64,000 bases of DNA, taken from NCBI GenBank assembly GCA_028023455.1, contig JAQFVV010000004.1, forward strand, positions 25,978,001-26,042,000, written 5' to 3'. Under the pieces are notes generated by a model that saw nothing but the letters and a program-made list of their open reading frames with translations, ran no database searches and had not been told where the DNA came from. The DNA is from Epiperipatus broadwayi (taxonomy: Eukaryota; Animalia; Onychophora). The translations under genes were made by a program, and so were the position numbers. This document shows, piece by piece, positions 39,746-53,470 of this stretch (the stretch's first letter is position 1; the number at the start of each line of letters is the position of its first letter).

Positions 39746-42419
39746 AAAAAATAATGTATATTAAATTACTAATATAATTATTAATATTTGTTTTGGGTTT
39801 TTTTGATCCAAAAAACTCCCCAACTATGTAACACTTAATGAATTCAATTTTTTCTTTGAAATATTAAATATCACTTTATAGAGAAATATATCAGTATTTA
39901 TAGTTATTGAAAGGTATAGAAGTTATTATTTCTGCTTAATAATATTTATAATTGGGAGTTTGAATACATACTTAGAAACTTGTACACATTTTGAGATTAG
40001 GCTTAGGATTTCCCTTCAGACTCCATAAACAACACAGTTATCCAATCAATTATTTATTAGTTACTGGATATTTAGCTCTTCTTTGCTGGTTGGTAAAACT
40101 AGGAAGAAAACCCTTAAACTGTCATTAACCAGCTATTAATTAAACTCATGAGAATAATTCCTTATTCAAATATTTTCTTTTTGGGAAACTGGTGAGATAA
40201 TTTCTATATATTGGTCTTATAAAGGGTGATTTATAATTTTAGGAATATAGGTTGTAAATTCACTTTTTTTTATTATTACATCAAAAAATTATTCACAAAA
40301 CTCTGTGCAATTTATATAAATTTTCAAGAGTTAGTAAATAAATAAAAGCAGGGTATATTTTACACATTAAAAGCATAGTAGCTATTGTAAAATATGTTTT
40401 TATATTTTAAAAAATATGTTAAGAATGAGTGAATATTTTATATTATTCTTGATCAACAGTAGCAGTGAGAGTATCTCATTTCTCTTTTCTCCTATTAATC
40501 TATTCACAGATGTCACTGCAATTAGCATCAAAAAATTATCAGATCAAATATGGAGATAATAACTTTTACATACTAAACATAAATATTAAAGAAATAATAA
40601 AAAGTCTGGAATTCATGACACAAGACAATGTTAACTGTTCATGATAAATAAACAAAAATATTAATACTTGAAAATGGTTGGTATAATGTTGAGTTAGAAC
40701 ATTCTACAGTGTTTCATGAAAAGATTGCATCTTTAAGCCAATGACAAAACTCTCCAACCATCGCAGTACTGAAAGTACAATCAAATTAACTACAACAGCA
40801 GAAACTTAATCCAATCTCAAAAAATAAATATGCTATACTTTTCTGTTGTACTTTATATATGAACTCTCTTTAAATATATCTTAACATCCTATTTTCTAAT
40901 TTATACTCATATATAATTTAATGAAAAATCATCTATATTATAGTCACATATTTCACTGTAAAACATTTTTAAAATCAATTATACATCAAAATATAGACTT
41001 TTCTTTCTCAGATATAGTTATATCTGAGCTTTAAGTTATGTGAGCATTTGATATTCTGACCACCAGAACTTAATCTTTAACTTCCCACAGTTGGGTCACC
41101 ATTTGTAATGATGGAAAGATGATATAGTATAAAAAGATGTGAAAATAATTATCCCATTGAATATATAAAATGAATACAGTGAATAAGTGTAGAGGATCAG
41201 CAGGAAATAATATAAGTACTTAAAACAATTTTAAATAGTTACAAAAAAGTATAATTGATGAGCACATATTAATTTACACTATTTTAAGTAACTACATTTA
41301 CAAATAATTTTTTATATCAGTAATAATTATTAATAATGAATAATTTTTAGTCTTTTTTTTTAAACATGTTTTTTTTTTGTTATTTCTTGTCCAAAATATA
41401 ATTGTATAAGACATTGAAAAGAAAAAGAGGTTTTTGTTAATTTAAGACTTTTTAATCTCTTTCTATGAAATCTTGTTTTATAATTTTGATCACTGAAAGG
41501 GAATAAATTTTTTTTAAAGAAAGAAAAAGCTAATTAATTTAACTAGTAAGAGAGTCAACAACAAGTTAATACTATTTGCTATATAACTTTTTTTTATATA
41601 AAAATGTATTTGACTTGAAATTATTATAATATATCTTTTCTGAGTTTATTAATTTATTAATTCATCTTATTAAATAATTGTTTAAAAATAGTTTAAAGTC
41701 TTTATTCCTCCTACTATCTGTTCTATGAATTGACAGTGTGTGTGATTTGATTTTATTATAGCATAGTATTTTAAGAGATTTGCAAATTTATCCCAGTAAA
41801 ATTATATTAATTAAGATAGATTAAGCATACACATTTATATTTTCTCTTGTTCATTGCACAGAGAATTTTGATCCTGAGCTACATCTAGAGAAATAATGGT
41901 TAATTTATCTATATATGTGGGCATTTAGGTTTGCATTTAGACATCCAGATGGTTCTCTGGATGGTACAAAAAGCAATTCTTTAAGACTCTTCACTGCACT
42001 TTATAAAATTATTTAGCAGTTGGCCTGTATACTCATGGTATCATATGACTAGAGTATTGATTATGATGCCCATGTGTCTTAATTCTAGCATTATTTTTTA
42101 TGATAGATATTTTAGCACTTAGGTATATACACCCAGATGATGATTTTATAGTTTGCCTAAAATTTGACTGTAGTTAGATAATTAGCTCAGACTTTATAAT
42201 GTATCTTTCATTAAATCCAGTAACAAAAGATGATAATTGATTATTCTTGTTTAATGCTCATGATATTATTATGTTTATATATTACTAGCATAATTACTTG
42301 TTTTTATTAAGTGCTGATGCTCTCATGCTCCTTTTATATTTATATTTGGTGATGATTATGATTTTGCCATCTCCCCATGTTACCTCTTTCTTCCATACCA
42401 TTACTATATTATCTATTAA

Positions 42420-42580
42420 ATTATAAAAGGAAAAAAAAGCAATATCCAAATAACAATAATAATAATAAAAGAGAAGAGAAAGAAGAAGAAATAATAAAGA
42501 AGGAAAAAAAAGGAGGAAAAGTAGAGGAAATAGAAAAAGGAGGGAAAAAAGAGGAGAAAGAAGGAGGAAGAAGCAGCAGC
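42420..42580. repeat. Purine-rich low-complexity tract
   Basis: Decayed (AAT)/(GAA)/(GGA) runs. Confidence 0.7.
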
Positions 42581-42679
42581 ATTCATTCACATTTATCATT
42601 AGCAAACTCTCATAAATAAGTATGGTCATTTTAGCTGACTAAAAAAATATTATGACAAAAATATTATGTTAGGGGAAAA

Positions 42680-45510
42680 AAAAATTAAAGTTAATATTGC
42701 TATGCATGTATTTAAAAGATCCCAGTTTTTCAATTAGTGAAGAAAATATATACTAGTGGTATAAGAAAAATAAATGAGCAAATGTTATTGCTTCAGACTA
42801 TGCAGGGATTGTTAATATCTGGAAACAAATGGCAATTTTCATTTATTCTGCACTCAATTGTACACTGTTTTCATCAAGAATATAATTTCAAACTTAAAAT
42901 TTTTAAGTGGAGAAAGATTGTACAAATTGGAAAAAGAATTGTTTAAAATTTAATGGGATATTGTTTGATTTTATGAAGGTAAAAGAAAAGGTGAAAAAAC
43001 AATTAATTTAAAAAGTCAACATGTACTTTACTACAAAGATAGAAATATTAAAAGCACAAATAATATTGGCTTCATTATAAATAAAAAATGTAGAACAATA
43101 ATGTGGAGATCGAAGGTATGTTAGACATAATGGTAAGATTAATTATTCAATTTAGCAAAAGTTACCAAATGTATATAATTCAAGAATATTTCTCACCTGT
43201 GAAGAAGTAGTAGAGGATTTTAACATGGATGTGTAAAATTCTTTGATAAGCCTAAACAATACTGCAAAATTGTCATAAAAGTCTTTAAGGCTAAAAATAG
43301 TTAAAAAAAATAATAAATGGATTGTGTTGTGTGTGAATTTGGTTATGGATATAGAAATGAGAGAGGACACAGACCTGTGTAGTTTGCAGAAAAAGTAAAC
43401 ATGCATATTATGATTTTTTTTTTTAACAAAAGTAGTAAAAAGAAATCCAAATGAAAGAATAGCAGAATTATATTATATATTGACTAATAGACATGTGTAT
43501 TTTATAATTGCCATGTTATTAATAGATTCAATATAAGGAGTGAACAAATTAGGAAAGTGTAAGATACATGTCAAAGTAAAACTAGAATGATAAAAAGTTA
43601 ATAAGAAGGACTATTAACATTTGATATTCATAATTTTTAAAAACACTTTGATGAATTTAAATTAAAGTTTGCAGATTATTTTAAAACATTAGACTTGGAT
43701 GAAATCAATAAAAAAATAAGTGATACCATATTAAAAACTGCACCAAAAATAACATACCAAAAACAACAACTTATCAGTAAATTTTTTACTAAGATAAGAT
43801 AAAGAAGGTAGTGAAAAAAAGAATGAATATGAAAATATTTTAAAATAATCCATTAAGAAAAATTGAATATTTAGAGTTTTGTAAAATATGAAAAAGAATT
43901 AATAATGATATAAGAAATATAATTGTGAATTAGTAGGGAAAGTTATAGGAGAGAATAAAAGTTTTGAAAATGCAAAGAATATTTTGGTAATGGTAAAAAA
44001 AATTATTTCTGCAATAAAAAGCAAAGATGGAACAATTTCTAAAAGAAAGAAAAAAGATGGCATTGTTTAATGTGTGGAATACTTCTACAAAAGATATAGT
44101 GAAAGTGAACAAAAAAATAAAACATTCTTTAGAGTTATTACATCTTTTCAATTACCCAGATAAAAAAAAAGGTAGATATAAAATTAAATTTATACAAAAG
44201 AGAAAATCTCTAGGAAATGATAGGATTATAATTGATATCTTAAAAAAAGCATGTGAAGAAATAGAAAAATTATTGGTAAATTTCTATACTAAATGTCTAA
44301 TTTATAAAGATGTATAAGGTAATTAGATGAATGCTGCAGTAATATTAACATTTAAGAAAGATGATAAAGTATGTATTAGAAATTCCAAAATCAATCTACT
44401 ATCAGTTCTATACAAAAAATTTACAAGTGCAATTACAACTCATCTACAACAAATTTTGACTATATAGTAACCAAAAGAATAAGCTGCATTTAAATCATAT
44501 TCAAGTATTGAGAGTAATTATGAAAGTGGCCAATGAATATGAGATGTAATTATTCTTGAGTTTGTAGATTATGAAAAGGCATTTGATTGTATAAGCATTT
44601 TCAGTTATGTAATTATCATATTCTGAAAAAATATTTATCCAAGTGTAACAACAATGATTACATTATATAGTGTTATTAAGAAGATATAAGAAGGATATAG
44701 ATATGGTTGTTCCATATCTCCAAAACATTTTACAGCAGCTTTACAAGAAATATTATATGGAGTATAAGAGAAATATAAGGAGATAATAATAAACAGAGAT
44801 TATTTAAATCAAATGATTTAAGGTTAGATGTTGCAGATAATGTGTTTTTTTAATTTTTTTTAAAAATAAAAAAAAAATGCTTCAGAAAATGTTTCAAGAG
44901 TTTTACATGAAAATAAAAAAGTAGGCTTAAAGATAAATATTAAAAAAACTGAATTAACTTCCAATGAATTTTCTCAGAAAAAGATAATGATTGTTAATCA
45001 TGGATTAGAAGAAGTTAGTATCTACAAATTCCTTCATCATAATCTTAACACAAATGGAAAAATGGTAGCTGAAATTCATCATAAAATTAAATTTAGATGT
45101 AATATTTTTGTTAGAAATAATTATAAATGGCTATGTGTTTGAAGAGAAAAAAATTTAATGGATGTCTTATTTTATTTATGAATCAGAGATGTGGATTTTT
45201 AATAGAAGAACAATTCAAAGACTTCAAACCACTCAATAAAGTTTGGAGAAATGTGTGAGTAAAAGTAAAAAACTGAAATGGAGTTGGCTTGGGTATATTT
45301 TGAAGATGAAAATATATGGAAAATTGAATTCTTAAATTGAATCTCCAAGATGTTGAAAAAAACCACTAAAGAGATAATTGTGAGATGGATGGAATAAAGA
45401 AATTTTTTGGTATGTTAAGGAGAAAAGAGAATGCAGATCAAAAAAACTGGATAAAATTTGGAAAGACCATCATGCAGAGCATTGATAATGGTAAAGAACG
45501 GGGATGATGA
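42680..45510 (+). mobile_element. RTE family A, near full-length but heavily decayed copy (endonuclease + RT relics); 5' boundary approximate
   Basis: 43900-45500 is colinear with 24050-25840; 43460-43560 reads like the endonuclease C-terminus (YILTNR...HVINRFNI). Confidence 0.72.
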
Positions 45511-46262
45511 ATGTTGCTTAAACTAATGAAAGCATGTTGTTGTAATTTTATAATATAGAGAAAGAAAAAAAGAGAGAGTTATCATATATGACAAATAAAA
45601 TAAATAATCTAACCAAGAAGCAACAATTTGACTATAATAAAAAAATGAATGATGGTAAAATGTATAGATTGAGGAATACGTCTGAATAGATATAGATTTA
45701 CAAAAGGTCAAATATAAAACAGATAAATATACAGATAAATGTTAATAGTCAAGTCATTAAATTGTCAGATATAAATGATATTTTTCTAAGTAAATGTTAG
45801 CAAAGAAAATAATATGTTAACAGTTTTAAAAGCTTGTGCCTCTATCTCAGGTAAAATATACTGGGATTTTTCAGAATTTGATTTATTGCACAAAAAAACA
45901 AAAAAATAAAATTAAACTGTGACAATTTATTTTAAGTTTTTATAAAACTTGTTTTAAGAGTTCAAATAAATCTTTATAAAAATATGATTTAAATTTTAAA
46001 ATGAAATTAAATAAAATTATCTTTTTTTTTTTTACTTTAAATAAATAAAAACATAAGAGAATATTTTAGTTTTGAATATTTTATTTTATATATTTTTTCA
46101 TAAAAGAATTTGACAATTATTTAAAGTAGACTTATGCATATATATATATATGTACAGTGATGGAATGTTTGGGAATGACTTTTTTTCATCTATATGTTCA
46201 ACTACATATTGTATACTAATTGATGTGCTTGAATATAGTTGAAATCAGTAAACAGTTATCTT

Positions 46263-46548
46263 AAACAATTCAAAACAAAGCAAAACTCTCCATATAGTAG
46301 TGCCATCTTGTGCTAACAAGAGCAATCAATGGATGCCAGAAGGCTTGTGCATAAAATCTCTATCTAGTGCCTACTCATCCAATATCCCCAGACTAGTTTC
46401 TGGCTTGGGGCCTTCATCAGTGAGGAGCCTTGGATCTGAGAGCACTGCACCTAGATGGCACTACTATATGGAGAGTTTGCTTTCTTTTGAATTGTTTAAT
46501 AACAATTATGTGCTAGTATGAGATAGTGATCATGTGATGTTTAGTGGT
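46263..46548. mobile_element. Retrozyme-like family C insertion with internal inversion and perfect 14-bp TSD
   Basis: TAAACAGTTATCTT at 46249-46262 and 46549-46562. Minus arm 46263-46456, plus arm 46453-46548. 46263-46308 is duplicated in inverted form at 46453-46497. Confidence 0.88.
46385..46426 (-). ncRNA. Type I hammerhead ribozyme motif, family C, most intact copy
   Basis: TCCTCA CTGATGA A GGC CCCAA GCC A GAAAC TA GTC TGGGGA. Stem I 6 bp plus outer helix ATCCAA/TTGGAT; palindromic stem III ACTAGT. Confidence 0.8.
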
Positions 46549-46669
46549 TAAACAGTTATCTTGATGATAAATCAAGACCTGGACATTTTCATGAGTCACA
46601 ATTTAGATAAGTCATGTTTGGGAGCATCAGATTTATAGATATGTACAGAAAAAGTTATATGATGAAGAC

Positions 46670-46973
46670 TAGCTTTTATTTCTTTTAAACACAGCTTAAT
46701 CGCTGTAATAAAATCCACTATCATTTCTTCAATAGGCTGCCTTTATTATTACCATTCCAATACCATCTCTACTTCATATACCCTAATTATTTAACATAAT
46801 CTTTAGAACATGAACCTTAGCTTTTATTTCCTTTAAACACAGCTTAATCACTGTAATAAAATCCACTATCATTTCTTCAATAGGCTGCCTTTATTATTTA
46901 TTGTTACCTTTCCAATACCATCTCTATTTCATATACCCTAATTATTTAACATAATCTTTAGAACACGAACCTT
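46670..46973. repeat. 148-bp tandem duplication inside a probable LINE relic
   Basis: Units start at 46670 and 46818; near identical apart from a short insertion in the second. Confidence 0.9.
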
Positions 46974-47199
46974 TTATTACAATATTTTAAATTAAATACA
47001 CACATCCATATAGATATATAATATAGAAAGTTACAATATATATATATATAACATTCTATATAATTGTTTAAATAGTAAATGCTGATATAGTAAATGAGAT
47101 ACAATCCGACTAAAAATTTGACAATAAAATGATAAAAAATCAGTTCCAACACTATTATATTACCAAACATATAGAAAAAGTGTGTTTCATTTATTGTAA

Positions 47200-47777
47200 T
47201 GAATAATAATAAATAAAAAGTACGCCATTTTAACTCAAAAGGGGAGGAACAAAAAAACTACTCTAAAAACAAATGTTACAATGACTATACAAACCAATCT
47301 GTGAAACACAGATATTTTATATATAGAACATGCTGGTCTAATTTCCTACTTACTTGTTATTTACAATATTGTCATTTAGTTTTCTTAGCAGAAAACTTTT
47401 CTTTCTGAAATACATCAACATCATTTTTAATTGTAACTCTCCAATTTATTCTATTCTCTGCTATATCTTCCCAATGGAAACAATTGATATTACTCTTTTT
47501 TAGAATGGCTTTGAGATAAAATCCATTTTCAAAATCACCATATAATACCCTTTGAGGAAGTCTTTCATGGTTCTTTAATTTTACATGTCCAATTCAATGA
47601 ATAGTATCATTTCCTACAAACTGAGGAACATATTGATTGGTTTTATAATCTTGCTATTGTACTTTAAAAATTTTACAGAGCATTCTCAAATGAAATTTTT
47701 GTAATGTCTTTATAATATGCTAATAGGGCATCCAAGTTTCATTTCCATGCAATAAATTATGCAAAATAACAGCTTTA
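47200..47777 (-). mobile_element. RTE family B, 3' part of the element split by Tx1-like copy 3
   Basis: Minus strand KAVILHNLLHGNETW...RLPQRVLYG...WEDIAENRINWR. Confidence 0.8.
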
Positions 47778-48124
47778 GTTTCAAATAACAACTTTATTCA
47801 CACCTTAAGAAGATACATATGGATATCATTTAACATCTTTCTTATTATATGTTACATACTTACAATGTGCAGTGGCTCTACAATGAAACAATAAATAAGA
47901 AAACTAATGGTAATAAAAATAAATTACATAAAAATAAGCTACTTAGGAATTATTTGGGTCGATTAGTTGACCGTCAAATTCAGGGTTTTAACAATAAATA
48001 ACAATTAAATAGAAAAGACTGGATTATATTAATGTGACAACTTTTAGACTCTGCATAGGAGTCATTATGTCCAGTTAATTAGTTTTGCCATGACAGTATG
48101 ATAAATACCTAAGTGTTTTGATCT

Positions 48125-51100
48125 TCAGATCTCCAGTTGGTCCCATGTCTGACTGGCTAACCAGTGCTGGCATACTTTCCAATCATATTCTTTGGCCTCA
48201 CCAAGTAACTTGAGAAAAAGCTCTTCTGGATTATTATTCAATCCATTGTCAAAGACTCTCTTATTTCTCACTATCCATATAGCAAAATTTACAAAGGTGG
48301 CCAGTCTAATTTTACCATAAAGGCCACCCTTTACCACCTTTGCGATATTTGTACCTGTAATGTCTGCTTCCCTGAATCTTTCAAGGGCACAATGACGTAG
48401 ATTATTCCATGTTACACATTGATCTAGGATATGGCTCATTGTCTCTTCATTTTTATTACAGATCGAGCAAATTGGATCTATTCTATATCCCCGCCTGTAA
48501 CACAGAAAGATGCTTGTTGGGAGGGCTCTGAGGTTGACTTTTATCAAGAAATCCACCAGCTTAGGTTAGAGTTTTATCCTTTTTGCCAACCTAGCAAACC
48601 TGGGAATGCTGATTGAGAGAAGACTCTCCACTGTGGACTCATTGTTTTGTGTCATACTAACTGCTTCCCAATAGTTAAGCTTGAAGCACTTGTTGTTGCT
48701 TCCCAATAGTTAAGCTTGAAGCACTTGTTGTTGCAACCAAATGCTTGTTTGTTTGGGTGGAGGGTGATCCGTTGGTTCTACCTTCACCAATGGCAAGGGG
48801 CTTTCCATACATGGGTTTTGGCTAAATAATTTTACTAGTATATTATATGCACTTTGAAATAGGAATTGGAGATTGAATGTAGCCCAAGCCCATTATGAGC
48901 CTTCAGTTTTTGGAGAAGGCTGAGACTTATGACTGGGGCTTTTCTACCCCAACATAGTCTTCTGCATTGAGTTTCCACCTTACAAATGAATGCCTTTGTA
49001 GGGGAAAACCCAGCCAGGAAATATGTTATTTTTGGCAATACTATGACATTGAGAAGGGTGACCTTTTCCAACAATGACAACCGGACCTTTGATAGCGAGG
49101 TAACTGAGTTTACAACTTTCTTTAACAGAGACTCTTCAAGCTCCTTCCTCATGATGTAAGGGGGGAGGCCAACATGAATCCTAGAAACTTTTGTGGAGTT
49201 GCTCTGAATCTCCCCAGGATTTGCTTTCCTGATTTGATTGACCACATAGCCAACTTGGCCTCATTGACTCTTAGACCAAATTCACTAGCAAAGTGATCCA
49301 AGATATCCCCTAGCCCAGAAAACTCATCCTGAGATGAGAGAAACACCACCATATCATCCATGTAGGAAACTTGATGAATGCTCTCTCTCAGCAAAGGTAT
49401 TGCAACACCCGAGAATGTTGCCTCGATGCGCAACAGCAATGGGTTTATATAGGCTGCAAAGAGGAGTGCACTTAGTGGCGAGCCCTGCAGGATGGAAATG
49501 CTTGGCTGAAATCCTGGAGTAACTCGACCATCTTATGAGAGAAACACTTCTCTATTTTGTAGGTAGTTCTCAATCATTTGGAGATATGCCTTGGGCCCTT
49601 GGAGCTATTCCAGTACACTAAGGAGCACATCGATCCTGATGCAGTCAAAGGCACTGGCAAAGTCTAATTGAACTGCAACTGGCCGGGACATTTTTTCCCT
49701 GCGAACATGATCGACAATGAGGTGAAATTGGCTGATGGCATCTGCTGTAGAGCTACTCTTTTTTGCAAACTGGCAGGCAGACAGTTGACTGATGATGTTC
49801 TCCTGGATGTCATCTTTTATCAGACCCTCAATGGTCTTTATGAGAAGAGGTCTCATTGAGATTGGCCTGAGATTTTCAAAGTCACTAGGGCCCTCTAGTT
49901 TTTTAAGCAAATGCACCATAGCAATGGGATAGAACCCTTGAATGTCCTAACTGTTATCTGCCAGGAGGTCCACCATCCTTTTAATGATTGGGATGGTAAA
50001 TGATCTTAAGTGTACCAGCAGGAATTTTGGGATTCCATGCAGCCCAGGATGTGTTCCATCAGGGAGTGCTTTAAGTTTTGTTAATATTCTGGCTTCAGTG
50101 ATTTTATGATGCTCCTTGTCTGTCTTCTTAAAATTTCTGTGGGTTCCTGTTATACCTAATGGTTGAAGCTTTTTCTCATAATAGTTCCTGATCCTGAGCA
50201 GCATAGATTCACCTACATATTTTCTCTCATTTATCTCAATTGATTTTGGGGCTCTGGAGTTTCTGCCAGACCCAAGGCCCCATTTAAGGTAGCCCCTTGT
50301 CCAGCAATGCTGATCATTTAGATATTGCCTAGCCCTCTTTATTGGAAGGTATTCTGCAATGGCTTTTTGTTTGACTCTATATCTATTTTTAAAATCAATG
50401 ATACCATGAATGTTTTGACTTTCATAAGGCAAGGTCTCCAATTTGTTGGCAATTCTATCCAGTTCACTAATCACGTGGAATGGACCCCTTGTTTTTTTGG
50501 TACAGCAGCTTATTAGTTCACTAAGTGAACTTGTAAATGTCAACCATGCTTTTTCAATTGGGAGCATTGGTAATTTGACTGTATTAAATTTAATATAGAT
50601 TTCAGAGATTAATTGGGTTGTGGCATTTGATGTGGTTAGCATTCGAATTGTATGTGGTAAGTTGATTATGGGTTCCTGTACAAACACTGGTTCTATTTTG
50701 ACCTCTAATGAGAAGTGGTCAGAAAGGGCCACTGGCCATAGATGAGCTTCAATCACTGGAAATGATGGTGACATGCACACAAGGTCTATGAGTGTCCATG
50801 TATATATTGTGTAAAATGAAAAGGCACCTTCTGGGAACAAATCTTTGCCACTTATGAGGGGCTATGAAGCTATTGACAAATTTTGCTTGAAATGTTTCAT
50901 AATTATGGTTGAAATCACCAATGATTATAGTCAGGAATGGACTGGTTCTCAGCGCTATGTTTATTGAGTGAATAGCATTGAATACAACTTCAGAGTTTTT
51001 AGATAAATATAGGTTCACAAGGTTGAATGTCCAACCTCTATACTGTATCACTGCAATCAGGCTATTTGTGTTTATGTATAGAATTTTAAAAAAGGTAATC

Positions 51101-51336
51101 GGTGATTTATTGTTAATCATTATTGCTATTCCTCCTGCAGCAGTATTGGAAAATGAATAATTAAAATGCCCCAATGACTGCATTAACTGGATAATTCTTG
51201 CGTCAGAGTTATGGTGCAATTTTGTCTCGCACAAGCACAAAATATCTGGTGCCTAGCACTTAAACCAATGTGACAGGGCATAAGCTCTATCATGAGAATT
51301 CGGGCCCCTTATGTTCACAGAAATTATGTTGAACAT
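48125..51336 (-). pseudogene. ORF2 (APE + RT + zinc finger) of Tx1-like copy 3, disrupted
   Basis: Starts MFNIISVNIRG at 51336. Pieces 50749..51240 (IIGDFN), 49947..50840, 49605..49919 (DFASAFD), 49149..49439 (YMDD), 48835..49245, 48125..48556 (CSICNKNEETMSHILDQC). Confidence 0.9.
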
Positions 51337-51354
51337 TATCAACTTGATATTGAA

Positions 51355-53258
51355 TTATGTTGCTGAGTCCTTCACCACTTGGTCTGGTTGTTGCTGAGTC
51401 CTCACCACTTGGTCTGGATTGCCTTGATCAGTCTTTTTTGATCCAGACTCCGGTAGAGAACATCCTAAGGCACTTGACTGGATGGAGTTACTCTCAAATT
51501 GTTTAGTAATAATAATTTGCTCATAACTCTCACTTGATGTTGAGGCAACTTTATTATACTGTCGACGGATTCATCTTGTACTACATCATTAGGAAGATCC
51601 ATGAGGTTCAGGAAAAATCTAGTTTTCTTCTCTTTGGGAGTAGTGATGGTTGGTCTTTGCTCTTCTAGATCAACAAGGTCCCTTACAACTGCAACCTCTT
51701 CACAAGACATAGATGCGGTTGAGGATGATCCACCTCTCCTGGATTTGTATTTCCTCTTTCGCTGAAAAGGGGCATCCTGATGAGGCAATTTGATCTTGCA
51801 ATCAGTGGCCATTGCAACTTCATCCCCAATTCCTATACCCTCCAACATGGCTTCTTCATCATCCGAGGATAAATGGCTTCTTCATCATCTGAGGATGGAT
51901 GACTGATCTGCATTCTAAGGTGTCTTGAGGGACCAAGGGACAATGGACGATACCCTGAAGCAACTGCTTTTGGTTGGGATAAGCTTGATTCCATTTTGTG
52001 GATGGGTTTTTGACATTTGTTCCAGCTTCAGTGATGTCTCAGCTGATATCATTCTTTTGTTGGTGCATCTGTGGTATTTTTCCCATGTCATCCCACAGTG
52101 GACACATTTTCGAGCTGGATATGCTCTCATAAGGTGTCCTCTTTGTAGACAATGAAAGCATTGTGGGACTATCCCTCTAATGTTAATAATGATGGGGACT
52201 TCATAGCCTTCCACAATACTCGGGATCACTAGAGGAGAAGTACCTTTCCCCAGCAGGATTATTGTTTATAGTGTTTTCTCTGTTCACCTGTTGTGTTATG
52301 GATTTAAGACTTAGTGTTGGAAACTCCAGATTATAGCTGTTTTTCTGCAGTGATTAGGTCATTTCCCAAACCTTTCTTGCTTCTAGTGTTGTAAGTCGCC
52401 TTTATCGTTTTTGGTGTCACATATTGGTTATGAGAAATATGGTAGCTTTGCTCTTGTATGTTAGGCTGTGTTTCAGTTATATTGCCCAGAATTTTACCTT
52501 TAATGATTGAGTTATTTTATTACTGCAAAATGTTCAATGTTACTGAGGACTTTGGGGATCCAGGGTTTGGACTTAGGTCCCCAGAGTGTATTGTGTTTGT
52601 TTTTGACTTTGTATTCTTATTTTCTGACTCATGAATTAGATCGTTGTGATTTTGTTGTTGATTTTTAAATTTTTTATTTCTAAGCAGCGCCCTTGTTCCA
52701 CCGGAAGTGGGCTTATGGCTATTGTTCTGATCATCAGAACTACATACTTTTTGCTCAGCAAGCTCATGTCAAAATCTATTTTATCAAATTCAGAATATGA
52801 GTTTGAATTAACTTTCTGAGGTGATTTTCCAGTCTGCCATATTTTCCCGCATTCAGTAACTTCCGGATTGACACGTTCGTATCGTAACTCATATTCTATA
52901 AAAGTTTCTTCAAATGGGGTTTCAGGATTTGCTTTTTTTTTTGGTAAGTACTTTTTACCATTATCTATCTCCCCTGACTGGTTTACAGCTTTGGATTCAT
53001 GTTTTCCTTTTGTATTTTCTATTTTTAGATTAGAATTCCTAATGTTTACTTTTTTTTCGATTTTTTCCCCCACATTTTCACTATTAGTTTTACTGGATAT
53101 TTCTACTTTTTCCCTAGAATAAGATATAGTGATTTTAGGTAATTTACTCTTAAATGAATTTATTTCCCATTCTCAAATTCTATATCTCTGTTTTCATCTA
53201 AGTTTATAGATTCTCCTGAACTACTAAGGCTGGCTTTAGCCTTTTCCATGGCAGCCAT
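51355..53258 (-). pseudogene. ORF1 of Tx1-like copy 3, disrupted
   Basis: Pieces 52636..53073, 51915..52229 (CFHCLQRGHLMRAY, a knuckle with the last C changed to Y, then CVHC...HRC) and 51465..51848; first ATG at 53258. Confidence 0.75.
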
Positions 53259-53470
53259 TAACGTTACACGTAGCAATGTCCAATTTTATAATTTTGATCA
53301 ATTATTCACAATTATTTCCTTAAATAATTATCATTACAACAAGAGGAAATACTCACTATTAATTCTCCAACATTTTCCACTATTACTTTCCTTCTTTTAG
53401 TGTGAACAGACTATCTCTGGCCAAGCTCTAAATAGCTAACTATTCACCATGGCAACCAGAAGACGGTCTC

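Larger units (their letters stand above)
47778..53470 (-). mobile_element. L1/Tx1-like non-LTR retrotransposon copy 3, full length (5693 bp) with 16-bp TSD
   Basis: CAAAATAACAGCTTTA at 47762-47777 and 53471-53486. ORF1 knuckle, ORF2 NIRG/LRPISM/QGSP/YMDD/zinc finger. Minus-strand AATAAA at 47793-47798 followed by TGAAA. Confidence 0.95.

Noticed and set aside
42294-42629. Hydrophobic and charged ORFs on the two strands
   Set aside because: Translation of a purine-rich low-complexity tract.
46670-46973. CRISPR-like array in the tandem repeats of the window
   Set aside because: No repeat-spacer alternation, no cas genes, eukaryotic context.
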